Positions 19,018 through 27,236 of a DNA stretch of 32,000 bases are shown here, piece by piece. The stretch spans positions 4,470,001-4,502,000 of the forward strand of contig LT962688.1 of NCBI GenBank assembly GCA_900234795.1. Direction: 5' to 3'. Position 1 is the first letter of the stretch, and each line of letters begins with the position of its first letter. Origin of the DNA: Methylorubrum extorquens (GTDB lineage: Bacteria; Pseudomonadota; Alphaproteobacteria; Rhizobiales; Beijerinckiaceae). The notes under the pieces were generated by a model. The model worked only from the letters and a program-made list of their open reading frames with translations. It did not search any database and had not been told where the DNA came from. Position numbers and translations under genes: made by a program.

Positions 19018-19366
19018 ACACCTCCGCTTACGGGAACTTGGTGGCAGGTCCTCCCGAAAGCGTCTGGTGCCTCATGACCAGCGTGTAATGGGTTTGGGCA
19101 GGTCATCGGCCTGTCCATGTTCGCCGACGTGATCTGCCCTGGTGTTCTCGGCAACCGCGGATCGGCTTGAGCTTTGATCAACAAGGGTTACCGACTGGAG
19201 GCTGCCTCGGTCCGACGCCGGATGCGCGCCAGCGGCTTGCCCAGCAATGGCGCACCCACGGCACACCATCGGCGCCGCGTCCGCATCCGCGGGCACATTG
19301 CCGGCGCTTGAGCGGCCCCCCCGCTTCCTGGCGCAACCGACACGATTCGAACGTGTGACCTTTGCC
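18926..19366. repeat. copy B of the ~450-bp duplication, ending in an inverted tRNA-Arg 3' fragment (19329-19366)
   Basis: 19329-19366 (tggcgcaaccgacacgattcgaacgtgtgacctttgcc) is the reverse complement of tRNA positions 19512-19549 with one mismatch. Confidence 0.9.
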
Positions 19367-19472
19367 TGAGGAGGGCCGCGCGGCCATCCCTTTGAGCGAT
19401 CAGGGCATTTCATCACCCCGCACAGCGCCGTTGCGTCCGCCGCCCAGTTGGGCTACTCACGAGCCACGGTCA

Positions 19473-19549
19473 GCACCCGTAGCTCAGCTGGATAGAGCGT
19501 TGCCCTCCGAAGGCAAAGGTCACACGTTCGAATCGTGTCGGGTGCGCCA
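19473..19549 (+). tRNA. tRNA-Arg (anticodon CCG), CCA encoded
   Basis: The 77-nt sequence folds as a cloverleaf. Arms: acceptor gcacccg/cgggtgc, D-arm gctc/gagc, anticodon stem ttgcc/ggcaa with loop ctCCGaa, T-arm acacg/cgtgt with loop ttcgaat, and terminal gcca. Confidence 0.95.
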
Positions 19550-19553
19550 ATCA
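19503..19553. repeat. attL: 51-bp direct repeat (tRNA 3' 47 nt plus 4 nt)
   Basis: ccctccgaaggcaaaggtcacacgttcgaatcgtgtcgggtgcgccaatca is identical to 31614-31664. Confidence 0.95.
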
Positions 19554-19656
19554 TAAGCCATTGTTTTCGCTTATGGTTTTCTGACCCTTCCGAAAGCTCC
19601 ATCTAGCGTTCGTGAACAGCCTGTCACGCTTTGTCACAAGCGACGGGTCACGAATC

Positions 19657-20655
19657 ATGGCGACTATCCGAAAGCGGGGCCGTTCCTGGCAGGTTCAGGT
19701 GCGACACGTCGGCTTTCCCACCCGCTCGAAATCGTTCTCTTCCAAGGCTGCCGCAGTCGCGTGGGCGCAGGCTCGGGAGCGGGATTATGCTCCGACTGAT
19801 GCCCCTACCAACCGGTCCGCTAGCGATAGCTTGACGGTCGGAGAACTGTTGCAGCGGTATCAGACTGAGGTAACTGCGCTCAAACGGGGCTACGCTTCGG
19901 AGAACTGCCGCATCAACAACATGCTTGGGCATCCCGTAGCCACCGTCTCAGTCACGAACATCTCATCGCGGCACTTCGCAGAATATCGGAACAATCGACT
20001 CAAAAAAGTCGGCGCGGATACCGTGAGACGTGAACTGACAATCTTTCGCCACTGCTTCGAGATTGCGAAGAAAGAATGGGAAATATCCTTAATCAAAAAT
20101 CCCCTGCATGACATCCGCTTTCCGAATCCAGGACTTCCACGCGAGGAACGGCTGCCGACGGATGGTGAAAGTAGACTAGAGCTAGAAATTGCAGCACTTC
20201 GCAACAGGCATATCGCTGCTGCCATAAAACTAGCTATAGAAACAGGAATGCGCCGAGGTGAGCTGCTGTCGCTAAAGTGGAAGGATGTCGATCTTGTTCA
20301 AGGAACAGCGCGTATACATGAAACGAAGAACGGAAGACCGAGAACGATTCCACTTACTCCGGCCGCCATCCGGGAACTTGAACGTATCGAAAGGAAAGGT
20401 GAACGTGTAATCCCGGTATCTGCAAATGCAATTCATCTTTGCTGGAACCGCATAAGAACACGAGCAGGACTGGGAGGATTGCGCTTCCATGATCTCCGGC
20501 ACGAAGCGATAAGCCGCTTTTTTGAGTTAGGACTCACGGTTCCAGAGGTTGCATTGATATCAGGGCATCGCTCCCTTTCAATGTTGCACCGATATACGCA
20601 TCTGCGACCAGAGAATGTAGCGCGTAAGTTGAGAGCGATGACATTTTCCACGTGA
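19657..20655 (+). CDS. int: tyrosine-type site-specific integrase
   Basis: MATIRKRGRSWQVQVRH is the N-terminal arm/SAM-like region. The catalytic signature is GMRRGELLSLKW (Arg), HDLRHEAISRF (HxxR) and LSMLHRYTH (His/Tyr). The ATG at 19657 is preferred over the track start at 19612. Confidence 0.92.
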   Translation: MATIRKRGRSWQVQVRHVGFPTRSKSFSSKAAAVAWAQARERDYAPTDAPTNRSASDSLTVGELLQRYQTEVTALKRGYASENCRINNMLGHPVATVSVTNISSRHFAEYRNNRLKKVGADTVRRELTIFRHCFEIAKKEWEISLIKNPLHDIRFPNPGLPREERLPTDGESRLELEIAALRNRHIAAAIKLAIETGMRRGELLSLKWKDVDLVQGTARIHETKNGRPRTIPLTPAAIRELERIERKGERVIPVSANAIHLCWNRIRTRAGLGGLRFHDLRHEAISRFFELGLTVPEVALISGHRSLSMLHRYTHLRPENVARKLRAMTFST

Positions 20656-20848
20656 ACTAACAGCGACACAGTTGATTCTGCAGGCATAAAAGAGGATCGG
20701 CGTAGGCCGGTGAAAATAAATCACCAAATGAGATTCATTACTTGCGGAATGGACCATATTCATCTCTGGCCAGCGAGTGAACCGACGTCGTTGGCAATGA
20801 GCTGTCGAGATAAAGTTGTTCTATAGAAACTTCGGAACCATCTCGGCT

Positions 20849-20901
20849 TATAATAGGCACAAAACCTGTCTAGAATCGCAATTTGTCTAGCGATCTGTCA
20901 G
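20849..20901 (+). promoter_or_regulatory. putative promoter/operator upstream of the helicase-like gene
   Basis: TATAAT lies at 20849-20854. Direct repeats follow: TGTCTAG (20867-20873, 20884-20890) and TGTCAG (20896-20901). No good -35 was seen. Confidence 0.3.
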
Positions 20902-20923
20902 GGATATTTTCTGGAACGATAAG

Positions 20924-23311
20924 TTGAAAAAGTTTAAGTATTGCCCTGCGCCAACCGGTGCTGGAAAGACGTATGCGATCGAAGGACGACTAGCCGAAAT
21001 CAGCCGGGACAGTGAGGCGGCCATTCTACTTCAACCCTCGAAGAACCTTTGCCACCAAACTGCAAGCAACATGGCTACACGCTTTCCCGGCGTGATGGTG
21101 GAGGTTTTCAATCAGGACGTGTGCGGAACGAAAACCGTAGTCCGTCTTGCCGAACATCTCAGAAATCCACCAGACCGTCCTCACGTAATCATCGCTACGT
21201 GGGCCGCGTTCATGATGCTCCCTCACTTCGATCGCCGTGAACGCTTCCACCTGATCTGTGATGAAATACCCCAAGCATTCGTGCCAAAAAGCATCAAGTT
21301 GCCTGACAATCATCACGCAATCACCGATGCATTGGAAATCAAGGACGTTGGACCGATCTACGGACTTGTCACGGCAGGCGACACAACTGTTATTAGAAGA
21401 ATTGCAGAGAACGTGCGCAACGATGCTTTCAATGATCTACTCAGCCCGCTCGCCAAGCATATTCACGAACAGCGATATCTGACCTATGTTGATCGTAAAT
21501 CCTACAACGGACTTCTGAGCGGAAGCAGAGACGATCGCTCACTGAACACCTATTCGATGCTTACACCTTCCGTATTCGATGGATTCCGATCTGTGACATT
21601 GGTCGGTGCGCGGGCGGAGGAAACCATTTTGTTCAAGTGGTTCACCCTGCAAGGCGTCAAGTTCATCCAGGATGACGCATTGTTGAGCAAGCTTCGATAC
21701 CACGATCATCAGAATGGTCGTCTTATCGAGTTTCATTACGCGTCTGAACGGAATTGGTCGCTGACGGAACAGCACAACGATCCATCACTTAGGTCGAAGT
21801 TTGAAGGCGCCGTTTCACAAATGTTCGCAGGTCAGCAATTCGTATGGCAGGACAACGTGTCGAATGAAGCGATGATGTTCAGAGATAATGGTTTGGCGCA
21901 CAACGTCGGCCATTGTGCACATGGTCTTAATCAGTTTCAGCATATTGATAAGGCTGTGATCTTTTCTTCGAAGAATTTCAGCAAACATGAAGGGGGATTT
22001 CTGAGTAACTTCTGTCAGATCAGCCCAACTGAACAACGTATCGCATTAGCTTATCATAGTGCTTATCAGACCTACAATCGCATCTCTGTGCGTGACCCTA
22101 ACAACAGCTCAAGGAAGATAGTGGTTCTGCCTGATCAGCAGAATGCTGCTTGGCAGCAGGAACGATATCCCGGGTCGATTGTCGTTCCACTCGGGATCGA
22201 TTCAAGACCTGTGGAGCGAACGCGGGCTGACAAGGTTCATCGCAATGACGCCGACCGACAGAAAGCGCACCGGGACAAACTAAAGAACCAACAGAAGGAG
22301 ATTATGAGCAATGTGATTGATGCAGTTGATTCAAAGCAGACATATGTATCAGTCGACGACTGTCACGACTACTCCTTTAATACAGTATCTTGTGTGACAT
22401 CCCTTCAAGGTTCCATTATTGCACATAAGCGGGATAAAGAGTCGACAATGATCGTCGGATCAAAAGACGGTTTTGTTGCGAACATGAAGCAAATGTCAAA
22501 AAATGTGCTTGAGTCAAAGGATCGTAACAGGCTGATCAGCCCGGCATTGTTCATCGATCTGGTAGGGTTTGCTTCACGTAGAGCTAAACTCAATGCGTTC
22601 TGCGGCAGAAATATATACCTCGATATCGAAAATGGGACTTTGACGCATAGACAACTGGCGAACATTTTTCCAAGCATCGAAATGCTGGCCTATAGCTCAT
22701 ATAGTCATACGAAGGAGATGCCCCGATACCGAGTTGTGTTGCTTACTAACACGATCATGTCGCCTGACGTGTATACAGCGATTTATAATATGGTTTGTGA
22801 GAGAATTGAACTGGCAGGATACAAGACCGCTTCCGAGCATGATTTCGATGCCAAAGAAAAGGTTCATGGAATTGATCGTAAGCCATATCTGACAGACTTG
22901 TTTTATCTTCCTTGTATGCCTGCGGATGGTGAAGGCTTCTTCCTGCACTATCACAAGCATCGCAAGCCGCTTGACGTGATAGGTTGGTGCAACAACTCCT
23001 ATCCGACACGGTTCGATGAGGTTGAATCTGTCAGCCTTGAGCATCACCTACCGAAACAAAACATCGACAGAGATCATGCCCAACTCTGCGAAGAAGCCTT
23101 GCAGAGGTTCCGCGATCAGACCGTCAATCAGGGTAAGAGCCATAAAGCCCTGCGGGCATTGAATTTCACTCTGCTCGAAGGTGGTGTCGATGACGTGTCT
23201 CGTGAAGTGACGCTGACTCAGGCAGCATATCTGAGCCGTTCACGGGAAGATCGGCTCAGGGATAAGCAGCATATGATGAGGTTTGGTCTGCGAAACCTGA
23301 GCCATCGATAG
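20924..23311 (+). CDS. SF2 helicase-like P-loop NTPase with a C-terminal DxE/SxH domain (prim-pol-like or nuclease-like)
   Basis: TTG start; 795 aa. Helicase motifs: motif I APTGAGKT (20948-20971), Ia ILLQPSKNLCHQT, II LICDEIPQ (21251-21274), and a motif VI-like YQTYNRISVR. The C-terminal region has IYLDIEN (22616-22633), SSYSH (22694-22708) and RYRVVLL. Confidence 0.75.
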   Translation: MKKFKYCPAPTGAGKTYAIEGRLAEISRDSEAAILLQPSKNLCHQTASNMATRFPGVMVEVFNQDVCGTKTVVRLAEHLRNPPDRPHVIIATWAAFMMLPHFDRRERFHLICDEIPQAFVPKSIKLPDNHHAITDALEIKDVGPIYGLVTAGDTTVIRRIAENVRNDAFNDLLSPLAKHIHEQRYLTYVDRKSYNGLLSGSRDDRSLNTYSMLTPSVFDGFRSVTLVGARAEETILFKWFTLQGVKFIQDDALLSKLRYHDHQNGRLIEFHYASERNWSLTEQHNDPSLRSKFEGAVSQMFAGQQFVWQDNVSNEAMMFRDNGLAHNVGHCAHGLNQFQHIDKAVIFSSKNFSKHEGGFLSNFCQISPTEQRIALAYHSAYQTYNRISVRDPNNSSRKIVVLPDQQNAAWQQERYPGSIVVPLGIDSRPVERTRADKVHRNDADRQKAHRDKLKNQQKEIMSNVIDAVDSKQTYVSVDDCHDYSFNTVSCVTSLQGSIIAHKRDKESTMIVGSKDGFVANMKQMSKNVLESKDRNRLISPALFIDLVGFASRRAKLNAFCGRNIYLDIENGTLTHRQLANIFPSIEMLAYSSYSHTKEMPRYRVVLLTNTIMSPDVYTAIYNMVCERIELAGYKTASEHDFDAKEKVHGIDRKPYLTDLFYLPCMPADGEGFFLHYHKHRKPLDVIGWCNNSYPTRFDEVESVSLEHHLPKQNIDRDHAQLCEEALQRFRDQTVNQGKSHKALRALNFTLLEGGVDDVSREVTLTQAAYLSRSREDRLRDKQHMMRFGLRNLSHR

Positions 23312-23382
23312 CAGCAAACGGAGTGATCTTAGCTCCTATTCTTAAGTTAACAGTCGTTTGTTATATTAAGAAACTCAAGAGT

Positions 23383-23403
23383 CGAGGGGCGGTCGTCCCC
23401 TCG
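23383..23403. terminator. GC-rich hairpin between the helicase-like gene and the next ORF
   Basis: cgagggg-cggtcgt-cccctcg is a 7-bp stem in an AT-rich context. No T-tract follows, so function is uncertain. Confidence 0.3.
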
Positions 23404-23507
23404 GCGGCTCCGTCTGCCACCGCTCGCCCTTAGCTCTTGTTGCGATTGCTTGTTTAGCATCGTCCAAATAACCATTATAGTTAAACAGAGAAAGCAAAGT
23501 CCTGAAA

Positions 23508-23888
23508 ATGAACTCATCTGAGCCGCTTATGATCAACCTGGACTGCAATGACCTTGAGTCAGTCAGTAAATATCTTTTTTTGACTAAGTTAGTCAAAAAG
23601 ATTGCTGACGTCTGCCCTGACTCGGACGTCATAGTAAGTCAGGATCCAGAATTTCCGACGCTTCAATATTCTATCGACACTGTTCGGATTATGGCCGAAA
23701 CACTCCCGAACTTTCGAACTGCGAATGATTTTATGAGTTATATCGGAATACTTGAGTTCGCCGAGTGCATGAGGCACGTTGCTGTTGCTGCGGGACGCTA
23801 CGGTATGCATCCAGCAGAAACCTACGTGACGAAAATGATACTGACAGTGGAACAAGTAGTTTTTGGAGACGAGGCCGAAGCTGCGTAG
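23508..23888 (+). CDS. hypothetical protein (126 aa)
   Basis: ATG ORF with island-like low GC and a protein-like sequence. No recognisable domain and only a weak RBS. Confidence 0.5.
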   Translation: MNSSEPLMINLDCNDLESVSKYLFLTKLVKKIADVCPDSDVIVSQDPEFPTLQYSIDTVRIMAETLPNFRTANDFMSYIGILEFAECMRHVAVAAGRYGMHPAETYVTKMILTVEQVVFGDEAEAA

Positions 23889-24100
23889 GAAAAGGAAATA
23901 GTGCCACGATAAGCACTAAAATCTCCCGGTCGTTAGTATCTGCTTGGAGCAAGTCGCCGCACTGATCCCTATGTTTAGGTGGATTGCGGCGGCTTAATTC
24001 TGTACGTGTCCAAAATTGTGGGAAATAAGTCAGTTGGATTATTCTAATTAACCTCATGATACTATGCCAGTTCTAGTAACTACCGCTCGAATTACATTCA

Positions 24101-24505
24101 TTATCTGTCTTCTGTGCGAGATTTCTTGCTGTCCGCAAGAATTTCAGCAAGTTTGTCCTGGCAGGATCTATCGAGGTAGTAATTGCCGAAAAACCCATTT
24201 GGAAATGTCGAGTTTCCGCTCGCGCGTGCCTTTGCAATGATTTCACTACGAATGTTCTCAAACTCTTTGGCGTGATCCTGCCACAGGCCTCGGTAACGCT
24301 TACCATCTGCTATTCTATTCGCAACAGAGAGAGCATGTTCTACTTCCTTTTCTATGTCGAGTGACGGTAGGCAAGCTTCACGACGCAGAACATTCCTTGC
24401 GAGGACAATCCTGCGGATCTCGGCTTCGTCAACGGCGCCGTTATCCACATTCCAGCCATGACGTTCGGACGCTTTGTCGCCGGGAGTGGGACGATCGTCG
24501 GTCAT
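24101..24505 (-). CDS. hypothetical protein (134 aa), translationally coupled to the upstream ARH-phosphatase gene
   Basis: Its ATG overlaps the upstream stop codon (ATGA, 24502-24505). No domain recognised. Confidence 0.65.
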   Translation of the reverse strand: MTDDRPTPGDKASERHGWNVDNGAVDEAEIRRIVLARNVLRREACLPSLDIEKEVEHALSVANRIADGKRYRGLWQDHAKEFENIRSEIIAKARASGNSTFPNGFFGNYYLDRSCQDKLAEILADSKKSRTEDR

Positions 24506-26055
24506 CGTAGGCTCTCCGTGAACACACGATCCGCTAAGCCCTCGATTCGATCATTCCAGGCCAAACGCTTCCGCCACCGTTCGGGGATGCCTGACAGACC
24601 GTAGAAGGCACCGGCAAGCTGGCCTGTGATGGCTCCTGTGGTGTCGCTGTCGTCCCCGAGGTTCACCGCCTCAGGGACGGCCTCCGAGAAGCTGCCTGAC
24701 GATCCGACGCACCATAGAGCGGCCTCAAGGGAGTGAAGGACGTAACCTGAGGATCGGATATTGTCCCGGTGTTTCCCCTTCCATGATCCCTGGATGATCG
24801 CCTGCACACCATCAGAGAGAGGATGGCCGAAGGATGCGCTCAGAACGTCCGTGAGCGGCTTTCCTTGGATTGCTGCGGCAAGGATCGCGGAGAAGGCTTC
24901 ACATGCGTCTACGGCCTCTTGAGCGCCATGGGTCGTGTAGCTTTGCCGTCGTGCTGCATCCTTCAAGCGGTCGGGATCGTTCCAGTAGCGAACGGCGACG
25001 GGTGACAGGCGCATCAGGCTCCCGTTGCCAGCGGTCATTCTATCCGTCGGACCCGCATGGATGTCTCCGGTCCGTTCAAAGTGGATCAGAGCCGTGGCTG
25101 TCACGTTGCCGATATCGAAGCAGTGCCCCGTTACGGAGTTCTCGCCGTCCCTGAACCACCGGCAGAATCGTCTCAGGAGGTCGCGTTCATCTAAGCCGTT
25201 ACGCGCGATCAGACTGTCCGCGAGGCACAAGGCCATCGACGTGTCATCCGTCCATTCACCCGGCTTAAGGTTGAAGGGGCCGCCGCCAATCATGTCCGTG
25301 ACGGGATCGAAGCTGCCGCGCTGTTCGAACTCTACGGTCGTTCCGATAGCGTCGCCCACGGCCAAGCCGACCAGTGCACCAAGCGCACGGTCACGGATCG
25401 CATCGAGAGTCGTTGAAGGGAGGCGTTCGGGAACTGCTGATTGACCGTGGACGTGACGTTCCTGCTCGTCTGTCTCGATAGCGCCTGGGCGGGCCTCACG
25501 GACCCTCTGAACGGCATCCTCGGGGGTAGCACCAAGTTCGACCAAGAGGCGTGCCGCGATGGTGCCGGCCCGTCCAAGCCCGCCTTTACAATGAACGACG
25601 ACGTTGAAGCCGTTCCGCAAGCGTGACCGGAGCACTTCACCAACCGTCACCCATGCTGCTTCGAACTCGTCAGTAGGAGCCGAAACATCCGGGATCGGCA
25701 GGTGCAACCACTCTATACCGTGGCGCCGGCATTCAACCTCGAGTCCCCCAACCCGTAGGGCTTCGATCTCGTGACCTTCGATCAGGGTGACGAGCGCGGT
25801 AGCTCCCCAATCGGAGATCGCCGTCATGTCCGTCGCCAGATCGCGGTGCCAAATGCCTGTTGCTGAGTCCGTCTGAACTTTTCCGGGACAGAACGTAACA
25901 CCGATCTCGCCGAAGCCATCACCAGCCGGGAGCGTCGCGATCATGAGGGGATGCGTCAGGCTTGTTCGTTGATTTGGCTGACTGTGACGGCCAAAGACCG
26001 TTCGAAAAGTATGGTAGGTATCCTCTGGCATAGTATGAATGCTCCTGCCATCCAT
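24502..26055 (-). CDS. fusion protein: protein-tyrosine/dual-specificity phosphatase fold (CX5R) plus ADP-ribosylglycohydrolase (ARH/DraG family)
   Basis: The N-terminal half has VVVHCKGGLGRAGT (HCxxGxxR P-loop; Cys codon at 25588-25590). The C-terminal half has GLAVGDAIGTTVEF, EWTDDTSMAL and GDDSDTTGAITGQLAGAFYG, the ARH metal-binding signatures. The likely true start is the ATG at 26031 (MPEDTY), preceded by AGGAG. Confidence 0.85.
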   Translation of the reverse strand: MDGRSIHTMPEDTYHTFRTVFGRHSQPNQRTSLTHPLMIATLPAGDGFGEIGVTFCPGKVQTDSATGIWHRDLATDMTAISDWGATALVTLIEGHEIEALRVGGLEVECRRHGIEWLHLPIPDVSAPTDEFEAAWVTVGEVLRSRLRNGFNVVVHCKGGLGRAGTIAARLLVELGATPEDAVQRVREARPGAIETDEQERHVHGQSAVPERLPSTTLDAIRDRALGALVGLAVGDAIGTTVEFEQRGSFDPVTDMIGGGPFNLKPGEWTDDTSMALCLADSLIARNGLDERDLLRRFCRWFRDGENSVTGHCFDIGNVTATALIHFERTGDIHAGPTDRMTAGNGSLMRLSPVAVRYWNDPDRLKDAARRQSYTTHGAQEAVDACEAFSAILAAAIQGKPLTDVLSASFGHPLSDGVQAIIQGSWKGKHRDNIRSSGYVLHSLEAALWCVGSSGSFSEAVPEAVNLGDDSDTTGAITGQLAGAFYGLSGIPERWRKRLAWNDRIEGLADRVFTESLR

Positions 26056-26364
26056 CTATGCTAGATACGGATATTATTCAATGGCCGTGTTTTTAGAATG
26101 CTGATTGGCGATAGCTTCAATGATGATGAGCGCAAGCTTCCGATTATCCTCAAAGAGGCCGTTCAGTATAAGCTTGATCCGCGACAGCAGCAGCGGCGTC
26201 ATCGGGGTTTACTATGTCGGATACCCGAAGAAGTAGGGCTTGGTAAGCTACGCCGCGACACAGCGAAGCGTTCCAATAGGGCTTACTTTAGCGGAAATTA
26301 GCTAGAGACGGCACGGCCTCGCGGAGACAAGCAATTCGAAGTTACCTGTCTCTGGGGGCAGAGA

Positions 26365-26934
26365 TTACGTCTTGTCCGGTTCACTCACAGGAGCGGCGGT
26401 GGCACCAACTCCGTTGCCGATTTCCACTCCGCTATGAGGTGGTACCCCAGTCGGCAACACAGGGGCGGCGGTAGGCTCTTCCACGGTCTGTTCAAGCCCA
26501 GCTTCCACATCGCGGATCAGGTCCGCAAACTCGTACGGCTTCCTGAGCAGGCGTGTGCCTGGTGGTAGCTCGCGTTGAGGATCAGTTACACCGCCCGAGG
26601 TCACGATGATGCCAACAGCAGGCCAGCGGTGATGAACAAGGTGGGCAAGCGCAACACCATCGCCCTCAATGCTCCGCGCCGTAATCAACAGACGCACGGA
26701 GGTTGAACCTTCGAGCACCGCCACTGCCTCGGTGGCAGTGCGGACTTCTATGGTCTGGAAGCCTGCATCCGCCAGCATGTCGGCCGTGACCATACGGATC
26801 AGTTCGTTACCCTCGGCGATGAGGATGGCGATGGGCCTGCAATTAGCACTCAATGAGCTTGCTCCGATCCGAGACGCACGGTTGTCAGGACGAGGAGCTG
26901 GGAGCACTCCGGCATGGCGATGTTGCCGCGCCAT
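26365..26934 (-). CDS. receiver (REC) domain protein lacking the phospho-acceptor aspartate (pseudo-receiver)
   Basis: It aligns to CheY-like receivers: ILIAEGNE occupies the DD pocket. LLITARSIEGDG replaces the usual LLITDxxMPGxxG, with Ala at 26677-26679 in place of the acceptor Asp. IIVTSG (Thr) and LRKPY (Lys) are retained. The C-terminal tail is Pro/Ala-rich. Confidence 0.7.
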   Translation of the reverse strand: MARQHRHAGVLPAPRPDNRASRIGASSLSANCRPIAILIAEGNELIRMVTADMLADAGFQTIEVRTATEAVAVLEGSTSVRLLITARSIEGDGVALAHLVHHRWPAVGIIVTSGGVTDPQRELPPGTRLLRKPYEFADLIRDVEAGLEQTVEEPTAAPVLPTGVPPHSGVEIGNGVGATAAPVSEPDKT

Positions 26935-27236
26935 GGACCCTGGTGCAGCAACTCCTCTTACCGCACCGCGAGCACAGCTCCTAATTCGAGAGGGGCCCTA
27001 AGCGTCAAGTGCACAAATGTGGGCTTGCCTCCGTGCTGCCTACCCCTTGGCTCCGTTCCCAAAAGGGCTTCCCCTTGCGGAACGCCCCAATTCGAAGCGG
27101 CCACCAACGGCGGTCTGCTAAAGGCGCACCCACAGCGTACCGGCGGCGCGGGTCTTCATCAGCATGCCTTAAGGATCACAGGCGGCACGCGGCCAAGGGC
27201 GAGGCGCTTCCTGGCGGTCGACGCCGCCACCCCGAA

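Noticed and set aside
19362-19556. 64-aa ORF across the tRNA gene, with similar ORFs at 31567..31869 and 19072..19416
   Set aside because: These are translations of tRNA/att repeat sequence (the recurring KGHTFESCRVRQ / KVTRSNRVGCA peptides). They are artefacts of the repeats, not genes.
19554-20923. Excisionase (Xis/AlpA-like) gene near the integrase, for example the 61-aa ORF 20578..20763
   Set aside because: The candidate ORFs overlap the integrase 3' end, have implausible Cys/His/Arg-rich sequences, and lack a helix-turn-helix-like segment.
26074-26202. 42-aa minus-strand ORF (MTPLLLSRIKLILNGLFEDNRKLALIIIEAIANQHSKNTAIE) just upstream of the ARH-phosphatase gene
   Set aside because: The sequence looks protein-like, but it is very short, has no Shine-Dalgarno, and has an in-frame stop three codons upstream. 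It may be a gene fragment, and the evidence is not enough to call it.
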